NCBI GenBank assembly: GCA_951406725.2
Contig: OX597814.1
Span: forward strand, 19,778,001-19,842,000
Origin: Octopus vulgaris
Taxonomy: Eukaryota
Direction: 5' to 3'
DNA: 64,000 bases
Below are positions 12,815-25,381 of this stretch, piece after piece. Within the stretch, counting starts at the first letter, position 1, and the number at the start of each line of letters is the position of its first letter. The position numbers and the translations under genes were made by a program. The notes beneath the pieces were generated by a model. That model was not told where the DNA came from and ran no database searches. It worked only from the letters and a program-made list of their open reading frames with translations.

Positions 12815-13171
12815 TGTATGTATGTATGTATGTATGTATTTGTGTCTGTCTGTCTGTCTGTATGTATGTATGTATGTATGTATGTATGTATGTATCTATG
12901 TATGTATGTATGGATGGATGGATGGATGCATGCATGCATGCATGTGTGTGTATGTATACACATACATAGAGATACATACACATACATATATGCATACATT
13001 TATATGTGTGGGTGTGTATATATATAGATATATCTCAGGTTATATGATATCGTATATATGCTTATATAAATATATATATGTGTGTATATGTATAGCTAGA
13101 TAGACAGACAGACAGAGAGTGACAGATAAACAGATAGACGAATAGATATATAGACAGACAGACAAAGAGAC

Positions 13172-13334
<163 letters not shown>

Positions 13335-13587
13335 TGTTTGTTTCTTTATTGGTCACACAGGGCTGAACACATTTTTTTACATCGAAAACACTCTCTGATC
13401 GGGTACTCATATGACCTAAGACGTTCCAACTGTGAACATCCTATCTTTGTACGTTTAGAACTACATTGTGAAAGTTTTCCCTCCGTTTGCCTGATAGTAA
13501 GTGGTAATTTCAAGGAAATCATGTTTACAAGCTCCATGATTGCTAGGTGTGTTTTTTGTGAATGTGTGCATGTGTGTATTTATGTGT

Positions 13588-13636
<49 letters not shown>

Positions 13637-14031
13637 AAACACACAGTAGTGAATGAAATTTGTCTCTCAATCTCTCTCTCCTTCCCTCTCTCCCCCTCTC
13701 TCCCCCCTCTCTCTCCCCTTCTCTCTCTTTAGTTCATTCACACAAACACACATACACAAATATATATACTTTATTTGTGGTTTAATATGGCAACCAATAG
13801 TTTCGTGCGCAGAGATTTTCACAATTGTTCGAGCATTCCACATGGAAGTATTGGTACTCGTCTCCACTTTGGATAAGTTCAGCTTAAAATTTAAGTTGCA
13901 CAACAAACACCTAGTATTTAGAACTTCAAGTGTATTATCTTCAGATCATTTAGTATGAATCCAGAGTTGAATATGGCAGAGTACATATAATAAAAGAAAA
14001 AGCGAGTGATTGTTTATAAAATATTTAATTA

Positions 14032-14251
14032 CAGTAATCCCTCGACACTCGCGGGTGTTACGTTCCAAAAGAAACCCGCGATAGGTGAAAATCAGCGAAG
14101 TAGAAACAATACTGTACTTTATATTTTTATTATTTTTATAATTTCTATATATTTATTTTATTATAAATGCAAAAGAACACCGCGGAGGAATAGACGTAAG
14201 CTTAAATAATAAACCGCGATAGGTGAACCGCGATATGGCGAGAGATTACTG
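14032..14251. mobile_element. Tigger/pogo-type MITE
   Basis: TIR CAGTAATCCCTCG / CGAGAGATTACTG with TA TSD. Confidence 0.8.
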
Positions 14252-14358
14252 TATACCATATACCACCTAATACCAAATATAAACTGCCTTCCCAACCTCA
14301 TTCAAAACAGTTGGTTGCTATTTCCACGCTAGCAATTCTGTCACCCATTCAGTAATGA

Positions 14359-14866
14359 TATATAGATGTTTTCGATCTAGTTTGGATTCTTTGCAATCAA
14401 ATTTGAATTTTTCAATTGGTGCTCAAATCTTGAAAAACAAAAGAGAGTTAAACTACATCAGCCGTAAGGGAATACATATCTATCTTGTCTAACTCGCCCA
14501 GTAGATCCCACCAATTGATATCTGAAAAGTTCGATGAAATAACTCATGAACACTGCGATAGCTTCTACAAAAAGATGCTCCGTTACGTCGACCGGTCTGA
14601 ACAAGGGGAGATAATAAACGAATGATTCTTTTTTCTATTATCTCCCCTTGTTCGACGTAGCGGAGCATCTTTTGGTAGAAGCTATCGCAGTGTTCATGAG
14701 TTATTTCATCGAACTTTTCAGATATCAACTGTTGGGTTCTACTGGACGAGTTAGATAAGATAGACATGTATTACGGCTGATGTAGTTTAACTCTCTTTTT
14801 TTTTTTCAATTGAAAAATTCAAATTTGATTGCAAAGAATCCAAATTAGATCGAAAACATCTATATA
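14359..14866. mobile_element. foldback element / long imperfect palindrome
   Basis: Arms ~14359-14616 and 14636-14866 are complementary along their length with indels; TA at both ends. Confidence 0.8.
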
Positions 14867-15099
14867 TAAAGGTTATACGTCTCTGAAGATTTGACAATGC
14901 AATTTGCTTATGTAATTTACATTCTTTCACTAGTTACTCAGTCTTTGTCATGAAATGTATGTAAAATGATGTAACCAAATATATTAATAAACAAGCTATT
15001 ACCTTTTGTTTTGTTATATATCATGAGATAGTTCGCAGTTCCTTTCACAGATTGCTGAAAGGAAAGTAGTAAAGCAAAAAAAAATGTTTTCGATTGCAA

Positions 15100-16430
15100 A
15101 CAGGCGCAAGGTTAAATTTCATCATGAGCAAGATATGTCTTAATTGGAAGCATCAAGAAAAATTGCGACCTCAAGATGTGCCTTGCAGTAAGTTATCAAA
15201 CGTGACGGATGAAAGTGAAGGAATTAAAGATAGAATGGGAGAGCCTCAAAAGTATTTTAAAACCTGTTAAACATCTTGAGTTTACACCTTTGAGATATAA
15301 AAGTAATTTATACTTTGGTTACATCAGATCTTGCACAATCCTTTGAAACTGATGTTCATCTTTCAGGTGTGCGGTGGGTACTCCTAAATGGGTTTCGTGA
15401 TTTTGTGGCTAAAAAAACAGCTGAATTTACTGAAAAAGAATAAGCAAAAGAGATTAATTTATGCCAGAACATACAATGTATAATCGAAGATTGTGTTGAG
15501 AAGAGATGAGCCTTATTTCAGGATCTTTTTAATACTAAAAGTAGGGAGTATATAAGACGCTAAATGGAAGAGTGAAAATGAGTGTTTAACATCTAAAATT
15601 AAACAGGATAGAGGATCTGTAAATGCCTGTGGTTATTTGTCAGCCAACAGAGTCGGGGATATGTTAAAAATAGACGAAACAATTAATACTGAGATATATT
15701 GCCAGATATTAATCCACCGCGTAATGTCATCTGGAAGGAGTCCTATTGGGAACAAATTTGTTTTTTGCGTGATAATCGTAAACACATCGCTTAAGCAGTA
15801 GAAAATTTGGTTAGAGAGGTGGTGGAAGCACTCCGTCGGTTACGACGATGAGGGTTCCGGTTGATACGAATCAACGGAACAGCCTGCTCGTGAAATTAAC
15901 GTGTAAGTGGCTGAGCACTCCACAGACACGTGCACCCTTAACGTAGTTCTCGGGGATATTCAGCGTGACACAGAGAGTGACAAGGCCGGCCCCTTGAAAT
16001 ACAGGTACAACAGAAACAGGAAGTAAGAGTGAGAGAAAGTTGTGATGAAAGAGTACAGCAGGGATCACCACCATCCCCTGCCGGAGCCCCGTGGAGCTTT
16101 TAAGTGTTTTCGCTCAATAAACACTCACAACGCCCGGTCTGGGAATCGAAACCGCGATCCTATGACCGCGAGTCCGCTGCCCTAACCACTGGGCCATTGC
16201 GCCTCCACTGGTTAGAGAAGAAACAACGATATAACGATTAACGCGAGTCCTCTCAAAGACTAGAACTGATCACTACTGAACCGTTCAGATCAGAGAAAAG
16301 CCGAGGGGCAGAAAAAGTTCATAGAAAAATTACAGGAAGTTCGTCTGAGAGTCTCGAATATTATTCCACCAGATTATGTTGTCAAATTACAGTTTAGCAT
16401 TTATTCCAAAGAATATTGAAGTTGTTTCAT
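15100..16430 (+). pseudogene. highly decayed Tc1 transposase relic, interrupted by a SINE
   Basis: Reads GYLSANRVGDMLKIDETINTEIYCQILIHRVMSSGRSPIGNKFVF at ~15630-15770, matching the Tc1 catalytic-domain pattern; boundaries approximate. Confidence 0.65.
15824..16208 (-). mobile_element. SINE family A with TSD
   Basis: Near-identical to 5401-5782; TGGTTAGA at 15808 and 16209. Confidence 0.92.
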
Positions 16431-16450
16431 CAATTAAGTCATACTTTATA

Positions 16451-16753
16451 TCTTTATATATAAAAGTCAAGTTGTGTGTCTGTCTCCTACGATTTAGATT
16501 CCTAACTACTCCCACATTTTGCAGTGCAGTTTAACCAAAACCGGGTATCTTATAGTCGTGATTCATATCGAGCCCTTCTGGGTATTAGCGCGCGTCTACG
16601 ATGAGTCTACGATTTAAAAAAAATTACCATCATTTTTTCCATTTTAATGCATTTTTTTCGCTATTATACAAGGGAAGTAACTCTCTAAAAATGTCTACGA
16701 TGAGTCAACGATTTTAAAAAAGATTTACCATCATTTTTTTGCTATACTGCTAG
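16451..16753 (+). mobile_element. non-autonomous Helitron (internally deleted)
   Basis: A|TC start, ATACTGCTAG|T end; shares subterminal blocks with the rc of 29733-30102. Confidence 0.7.
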
Positions 16754-16839
16754 TTATTTATAAAATTAACTTAGAATCATTATCTGTCAAATGTTATCCT
16801 AAAATTAACAGGTTTATATAAGAATTTAATGGTGGTTTC

Positions 16840-17050
16840 AAATTTTGGCACAAGGCCATCAATTTTAGGGGTGAGAGTTAAGTGGATCACATCAACCCCA
16901 GTCTTCAAAAGATACTTGTTATATCGACCACGTAAGGGTGGAAGGCAAAGTTGACATCGGCGGAATTTGAATTTGGAACGTAATGATCCGAAGAAATACC
17001 GTAAAGCATTTTTTCCGATGTGCTAACTATTCAGCCGGTCCGTCGCCTTA
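16840..17050 (-). mobile_element. diverged SINE family C
   Basis: GGAAGGCAAAGTTGACATCGGCGGAATTTGAA is the rc of the family core. Confidence 0.7.
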
Positions 17051-17233
17051 TGTAAGTATTTAATAATAACATAGGATTTTATAATCCTTTATATATTCTG
17101 AATAAATTTTAGATAACATCTATTGGCGCCTAAGACTTTTGCACAAACGTATGTGAATGTGATCTCTGTGTGTGTGCGTGCAAGCATATGTGTGCATGTA
17201 TGTGTGTATATACAAATGCACGGATTATTCGTC

Positions 17234-17292
<59 letters not shown>

Positions 17293-17304
17293 TGTATGTA
17301 TGTA

Positions 17305-17365
<61 letters not shown>

Positions 17366-17695
17366 ATATGTATGTATATATGTATATATATATGGATACT
17401 CTGTTCTAGACAGTATATACTTTTTTTATATATCCCCATTGTTCTCTCGATCTGACTTTTCACTAATGCAGATTCTGATATTGTCACGCCTGTTAAAAGA
17501 AAATACATATTTAATATATGTTATCAATGAAGTAATACAGATGACGAAAAACCGTGATAAAAGGGGAGGAGATGTAACGGTACGTTAAGGAAATGCAACT
17601 AATAATTGACAGAAGTTTTATACATGAATAGATAGATAGATATGTACATTAGCACATTCGTACATATAAACGTTCACATGCCGATATATTCAAAC

Positions 17696-17757
<62 letters not shown>

Positions 17758-17785
17758 TTATATATATATGTATATATGTATGTAT

Positions 17786-17819
<34 letters not shown>

Positions 17820-17950
17820 TTATATATATATATATATATATTTTATATATGTATGTACATATACGTATGTATATATACACATATATATATACAATTGTAT
17901 GTATATACATGTGTAGGTATTAATATATCTACATACCTACACACACACAC

Positions 17951-17982
<32 letters not shown>

Positions 17983-18017
17983 TTATTTATATATATATTG
18001 ATGTAGATATATGTATA

Positions 18018-18069
<52 letters not shown>

Positions 18070-18170
18070 ATATATACATAATATATATACATATATCTAC
18101 ATCAATATATATATAAATAAATATATATATATATATATTGATCGAAATGTATATATTACATATATACATA

Positions 18171-18221
<51 letters not shown>

Positions 18222-19246
18222 GTATGTATATCGTCTGTGTGTGTGTTAGTGCATGTATCTGTGTAAAGAAAAAAGGTTAATTAGTAATTCCATTACAATT
18301 CTTCGTCTCTTTTTCTTTTTGTTTTTTTCGTTTTTGGCGCTTGCTTAAATCTGAAATCGCAACTCCGGAAACTATAGCGACCTGATATTTTCTCTTACCT
18401 ACTGATTGTATGTTTATTTTTGCAGTCAGTGCATTAATGCTTCACTATTTAAAAAAATAATAATAAAATAAAATAAAATAAAATAAAATAAAATAAAATA
18501 AAAACTAAACGTAGACTATACGAAAACTCTTCGAAAGGTTCTTTCTTTCTTTTGTAAGCTAATACTGCGACTAAAACCAAATATAAGTTATGAACATCGC
18601 ATTATATATTACTATATTACACACTATTTCTTTTCGAACAATAAGAATTAGGTATAAAAATTAATAGTGATTTTCATAAAATGAACGAAAACAATAAAGA
18701 ACAACGCAAGAATAGATATAACTGTAGACAAAGTTAAGAGACGACTCTATCAATTTTTGGTATGAATGATTCGTAAGTTCTTTTTCGTTTAAAGTCACAT
18801 TTCATTGTGTCAAATTCTTGGGGATATTTTTGTTGTTTTTTTTTTTTCGTCTTTTTTTTCCTCGTTTAATTAACTTCATTTTCCGATTCTTCTATATTGT
18901 TAGAATCTGTTAACAAATTCTGAAACAGATAAGCACAGGTATAGCTGTGTACTTAAGTAAGTCACTTTACAGCCACATGGTTCCTACTTTCACAGTTCCA
19001 CATTGTGACACCCTGGATAAGCATCTCTTCTATTATTGTTAGGATTTCTTTTAACGAATTCTGAAAATGATGCACGGAGGTATGGTTGTGCGGTTAAGAA
19101 AGTCACTTTGCTTTCAGCAACGTAGTTTCTGTTTCAATCCCACTGTGCGGCACCTTGGGTTAGCGGGTAGTGTTTCCTACTATAGCCTTGGGTCAACTAC
19201 AGCCTTGTGACAAAATACGGTAGACTGAAACTGTGTGGAAGTCTAC

Positions 19247-19293
<47 letters not shown>

Positions 19294-19453
19294 TGTTATA
19301 TATATATATATAGACAGACAGGCAAGTAATAGATAAATTCAATGTAGGGGTCCAAGTGTAGGAAGTTAACGAGCTTCAAGCACTTATGGGGCTAGTCCTG
19401 ATGGCAACAAGATGAATTTTTAACATCTTTTAGTGTTAAATAAAGATGTTATA

Positions 19454-19752
19454 TGCGCAGGAGTGGTTATGTGGTAAGTAGCTGACTTACCAGCCACATA
19501 GTTCCGGGTTCAATCCCATTGAGTGGCATATATGTATACGCATATGTCTGTGTGTCTGTGTTTGTCCCTCCCCCACCACCATCGCTTGACAATCGATGTT
19601 GGTGTGTTTACGTCCCCGTAACATAGTGGTTCGGCAATAGAGACCGATAGAATAAGTACTAGGCTTACAAAGAATAAGTCCGAGGCCGATCTGTTCGACT
19701 AAAGGCAGTGCTCCAGCATGGCCGCAGGTAAATGACTGAAACAAATAAAAAG
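19454..19752 (+). mobile_element. SINE family B (internally deleted)
   Basis: Head and 3' half match 20250-20668; older head fragments lie at ~18940 and ~19075. Confidence 0.8.
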
Positions 19753-19770
19753 ATGTATATATGTGTGTGT

Positions 19771-19856
<86 letters not shown>

Positions 19857-20020
19857 ATAGATAAATTCAATTTAGGAATTCAAATGTACGAAGTTAGTAA
19901 GCTTCAAGTCTTTATGTGGCTAGTCCTGATGGCAACAAGTGGAATTTTTAAGATCTTTTAGTTTTAAAAAAATATTTACCTATCTACCTATCTGTCTATC
20001 TATCAATTCATATGTGTGTT

Positions 20021-20059
<39 letters not shown>

Positions 20060-20249
20060 ATGTGTGTTTGTGTGTGCGCGCATGTGTGTGCGCGCATGTG
20101 TGTCTGTGTGGTGTGTATGTGTGTATTATTGAATTGCAAATCGACTGTGACTCTCAACTCATGAACAAGTTAACTGTTGAACATTAGAAATATTCAATAA
20201 ACCTTGAAAATATTGATGTTTCAAGATGTATTTAACATTTACTTTATAT

Positions 20250-20421
20250 AGGCGCAAGAGTGGCTGTGTGGTAAGTAGCTTGTCTACCAACCACATGGTT
20301 CTGGGTGCAGTCCCACTGCGTGGCACCTTGGGCAAGTGTCTTCTACTATAGCCTCGGGCCGACCAATGCCTTGTGAGTGGATTTGGTAGACGGAAACTGA
20401 AAGAAGCCTGTCGTATATATG

Positions 20422-20452
<31 letters not shown>

Positions 20453-20668
20453 TTGTGTGTCTGTGTTTGTCCCCCTAGCATTGCTTGACAACCGATGCTG
20501 GTGTGTTTATGTCCCCGTTACTTAGCGGTTCAGCAAAAGAGACCGATAGAATAAGTACTGGGCTTACAAAAGAATAAGTCTCGGGGTCGAGTTGCTCGAT
20601 TAAAGGCGGTGCTCCAGCATGGCCGCAGTCAAATGACTGAAACAAGTAAAAGAGTAAAAGAGTAAAGA
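20250..20668 (+). mobile_element. SINE family B, full length
   Basis: GGCGCAAGAGTGGCTGTGTGGTAAG head, internal TA/TG microsatellite, (AGTAAAAG)n tail. Confidence 0.9.
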
Positions 20669-20859
20669 GCTCATGTGCTCGTATAACTAGAAATACGACA
20701 CTAATAACGGCTTTATTAGGCAGGAATTGGATGAGAAATATAAGAAGAGAGCATATACGTCAAACTGTCGTACGTAAAAATTAGGACAATCGTTGACATT
20801 AATGGAAACATGTTTGTCTAACGAGCAATCATCTATGAAACTTCACTTATTATCAAACA

Positions 20860-21244
20860 GTGGAGGCGCAATGGCCCAGTGGTTAGGGCAGCGGACTCGC
20901 GGTCACAGGATCGCGGTTTCGATTCCCAGACCGGGCGTTGTGAGTGTTTATTGAGCGAAAACACCTAAAAGCTCCACGAGGCTCCGACAGGGGATGGTGG
21001 TGATCCCTGCTGTACTCTTTCATCACAACTTTCTCTCACTCTTACTTCCTGTTTCTGCTGTACCTGTATTTCAAAGGGCCGGCCTTGTCACTCTCTGTGT
21101 CACGCTGAATATCCCCGAGAACTACGTTAAGGGTACACGTGTCTGTGGAGTGCTCAGCCACTTACACGTTAATTTCACGAGCAGGCTGTTCCGTTGATTC
21201 GGATCAACTGGAACCCTCGTTGTCGTAACCGACGGAGTGCTTCC
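20860..21244 (+). mobile_element. SINE family A with TSD
   Basis: TSD ATTATCAAAC at 20849 and 21249. Confidence 0.92.
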
Positions 21245-21454
21245 ATCCATTATCAAACTAACTAACGCTGTTTTTGTTTTCGTTTTCAAGGTAACGTATC
21301 CTGTTGCAGACAGACAATGAAACGCAGAGATTCAGATATGCTATAACTAATAAAGCTTCAAATAAGATCCAATTTGTTGTGATTTTTGTACGATGCACAT
21401 TTTCTCACATTATTTTCATCTACTGTTAGGCAATCTCCCTCGATGAATCTAACA

Positions 21455-21990
21455 AAATATTTATAATAATATTGTATACAGTGCTCAGGTGCACCACAAC
21501 TTGTCAGAAAGTGCATATAAAGTACATGCAGTAATGTAGAAATGTATGGAAAGCGAACAATGTATGAGTCAGATACATGCTTGTGTGTGTATGGAGGGGA
21601 GAAAATCAAGTGTAGTGTTGGCGAATCTCAGGAAGCATGGAAGTTTTGAAGGATGCAGTGCTCCGACAACTAACAACTGATGCCGGCAGTTTGTTCCATG
21701 CTTCAGCAACTCTCAGCGTGAAAAAATGTTTCCTGAAGTCATGGGAGCTGTGCTGTTTTCTTACTTTGTAAATATGTCCACGGGTGTTAGATGGGTGGAG
21801 TTTGAAAAGGTGCTCAGAGTTATTGTTTGTACGATGGTTGATAATTTTATGGGTGTCTGCAAAGTCAGCTGCCAGACGTCGGAGTTTCAATGTGTCTATG
21901 CCCAGGGAAGTAAGGCGTTCAGGATATAGCAAATGCCTGATGGAGGGTATTCTTTTGGTTGCACGTCGTTTACATACACAGGGATTCAAT
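21455..21990 (-). mobile_element. CR1-clade LINE 3' fragment
   Basis: YPERLTSLGIDTLKLRRL...NTRGHIYKV...RKHFFTLRVAEAWNKLP is the CR1 ORF2 C-terminal signature. Confidence 0.88.
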
Positions 21991-22254
21991 CTAATTTAAC
22001 ACATCGTGCTGTGAGTTTTTCGAGTTTTAGAATTATATTCACGTACAGAGACACGCTGACACAGGGACATACACACACGTACTACACATACATAAACCAC
22101 ACACACACACACACATGCGCATATACAAACAATTTAAGAATGTGCGTATTATGTCAATGCATTCTTGTATATTAGTGTTTTTGCTTGACTATGTTTATAT
22201 ATATATATATGTATATATATATCTATATATATGTATGTATGTATATATGTAAGT

Positions 22255-22306
<52 letters not shown>

Positions 22307-22337
22307 ACGTATATATACATACACACACATATGTATC

Positions 22338-22700
<363 letters not shown>

Positions 22701-24156
22701 ATATACATATATATAGAGAGACATGCGTATATATGTTATAATATGTATATATCCATATATATGTGTGTGTGTGTATGTATGTATTTATGTTTATATGTTC
22801 GTATGTATGTACGTACGTACGTATGTGTACGTATGTATGTGTACGTATGTATGTATGTATGTATGTATGTATGTATGTATGTATGTATGTATGTATGTAT
22901 GTATGTGCATGTATGTACGTGCGCGCACACTTGATTTCTCTCAGAGACAGAACAACAATACATTATCTTGCCAGCGAACTGAAGTTATTTCAAGTTATTA
23001 ACCATAAAGTGATTTTTGTTTGTTTGCTTGCTTTTACGATACTGAGAGTCCAATAATAGCATTTAAAATAACTGTACATCATATCGGACAACATACAACA
23101 TTGAAGAAGAATAACTGATAACGTGTGAAGATTAAAACAGAAACGAAAAACGAAAAACAAAGTAATTTGAAGGAAAAGAAACACCGGGAAAAGAAAGACG
23201 AGGAAGAAATACTATAGAAAAGGGACAAAGAAAACGATAAAACTGACGCTAACCACATCGTCATGTCTTTTGGTTCAACACAAGCCTCTGAATGCAAACA
23301 ACGTTGAAAAGTTAAAAGCGAAGAATAATTTCTTGCAAAAAAATGATAAGGTGAATAAAATAAAGAAATAAATACTGGCAAATAGATCAGTTTTATTTAT
23401 TCAAAAAGAGTTGTAACTTTTCATCTAGGCAAGACACGTCTTCTGGTTACTGGGGCTATGCACAACAAGGTCTTCTGTCGTTGTGAGTAAGGATGAAGAT
23501 GGGAAAAAATAATTAAATGCATACATACACAAATAAATGAATAAATAAGTATCTAAATATATAAATAAATAAACTGGACATTGAAGAAGTCAATACAGAA
23601 CAATTGAAAAAAATACAAGAAGGAACAGCGATAATAAAATAAAAACCAAAAATATATCATTGAAGAAAAATAATATGACATCTCTGTGAGAAGCAACATG
23701 TGTATTATGTTTTGTGGGTAAACAATTGGGGAAAAGACAAGTGTAACTTGCTTGAAATAATTGACATTTCGCACTCACAATTTCTTTTTCATATTTTACC
23801 ATAGATATTAAAAAATAAAATAATAAGTAGAAGAAACTTTGTATTTTGTTCCCATGAAGTTTATTCGAAAAAGTCTTCAAGAGCAATTAAAAGATGTTTC
23901 TTTTTTTTTTTCCGTGATTGAATACAAAAAGGCGACCTTCGAATTTTAACCACGCTAAAAATATTACTTACGATTTCTAACATGGCACACCAGTCTCAGA
24001 TTGTAGCAGGTAAGTATAAACAATTCAGATCGAAGTCCAGTGCTTATCCTATCGAGTCCCATGAACAAGTCAGCCTCGACGGGTTTTCATTATTGCAAAG
24101 TAATAGTGACAGAAGACTGTTTTAAAATTCCACACCCTCTACGAATAAAAAAAATA

Positions 24157-24161
24157 GTAGT

Positions 24162-24205
<44 letters not shown>

Positions 24206-24231
24206 CAGCAGCTGCTGCTGCTGCTGCTGCC

Positions 24232-24266
<35 letters not shown>

Positions 24267-24317
24267 TGCTGCTGCTGCTGCAGCAGCAGCAGCAGCAGCA
24301 GCAGCAGCGCTGCTGCT

Positions 24318-24380
<63 letters not shown>

Positions 24381-24408
24381 TAGCTAGCTAGCTAGCCGCT
24401 AGCAGCAG

Positions 24409-24454
<46 letters not shown>

Positions 24455-24473
24455 CTAGCTAGCCGCCGCAGCC

Positions 24474-24509
<36 letters not shown>

Positions 24510-24523
24510 GCCGCCGCCGCTAG

Positions 24524-24588
<65 letters not shown>

Positions 24589-24614
24589 TGCTGCTAGCTG
24601 CAGCAGCAGCAGCT

Positions 24615-24665
<51 letters not shown>

Positions 24666-24677
24666 GCAGCAGCAGCG

Positions 24678-24714
<37 letters not shown>

Positions 24715-24716
24715 TT

Positions 24717-24759
<43 letters not shown>

Positions 24760-24840
24760 CAGCAGCAGCAGCAGCAGCAGCAGGAGGAGGAGGAGGAGGA
24801 GGAGGAGGAGGAGGAGGTGGAGGAGGAGGAGAAGGTGGAA
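24157..24840. repeat. long compound (CAG)/(CTG)/(TAG)/(GAG) trinucleotide tract
   Basis: Direct reading. Confidence 0.93.
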
Positions 24841-25381
24841 GGGACATAGCAGCTATTGTTATTGCTTCTGATGTTAGTGAGTCTAATGACTTATTTACAT
24901 TAGTGTAATTCTGATGGCCGGAACGTGTAATTACTTTTTTTTCAGTTTGATCCTGTTCAGTTTCAATTTCAAATCCTATGCGGGATCGATTTTCGAATGA
25001 ATTCCACAAGGGGTCTTACTCAATGAGTTTAAATGTTTAGGGTTCAACATCATCATCACCGCTCTCATCATCTTCAGCATCCTCATCGTTGCCGTTATCG
25101 TCGACGTCGTGAACGCTGTGCTGTGCTAACCACATCACTCTTCTCTGTATAAAACATCGACGTCGTTTGCCTTTGAAAGAAATTATCATATGGTTGAAAT
25201 ATTTAATGTAGTTCCTCTCCATTTAGAGTTCAAATCCCACGACCGGTGTAATCTTGTCTTTCATGTTACCGACGTCAGTAAAATAATTATCATCGACATG
25301 TTCTTGGGCAGATTCAATTTTATGACCTTGAGCTAATGTGTATAAATGTTTTTTTTTTTTTTTGTTTTCTTTTTATGTTGT

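Noticed and set aside
20860-20940. tRNA gene
   Set aside because: The tRNA-like sequence continues into a shared body with TSDs in several copies, so it is a SINE head.
23982-24015. ATG...GCAG|GTAAGT micro first exon
   Set aside because: A good donor alone is expected by chance in 64 kb, and no partner exon was identified.
24040-25009. poly-Ala/poly-Pro/poly-Gln protein ORFs
   Set aside because: Translations of a triplet tract with phase breaks and no recognisable domain.
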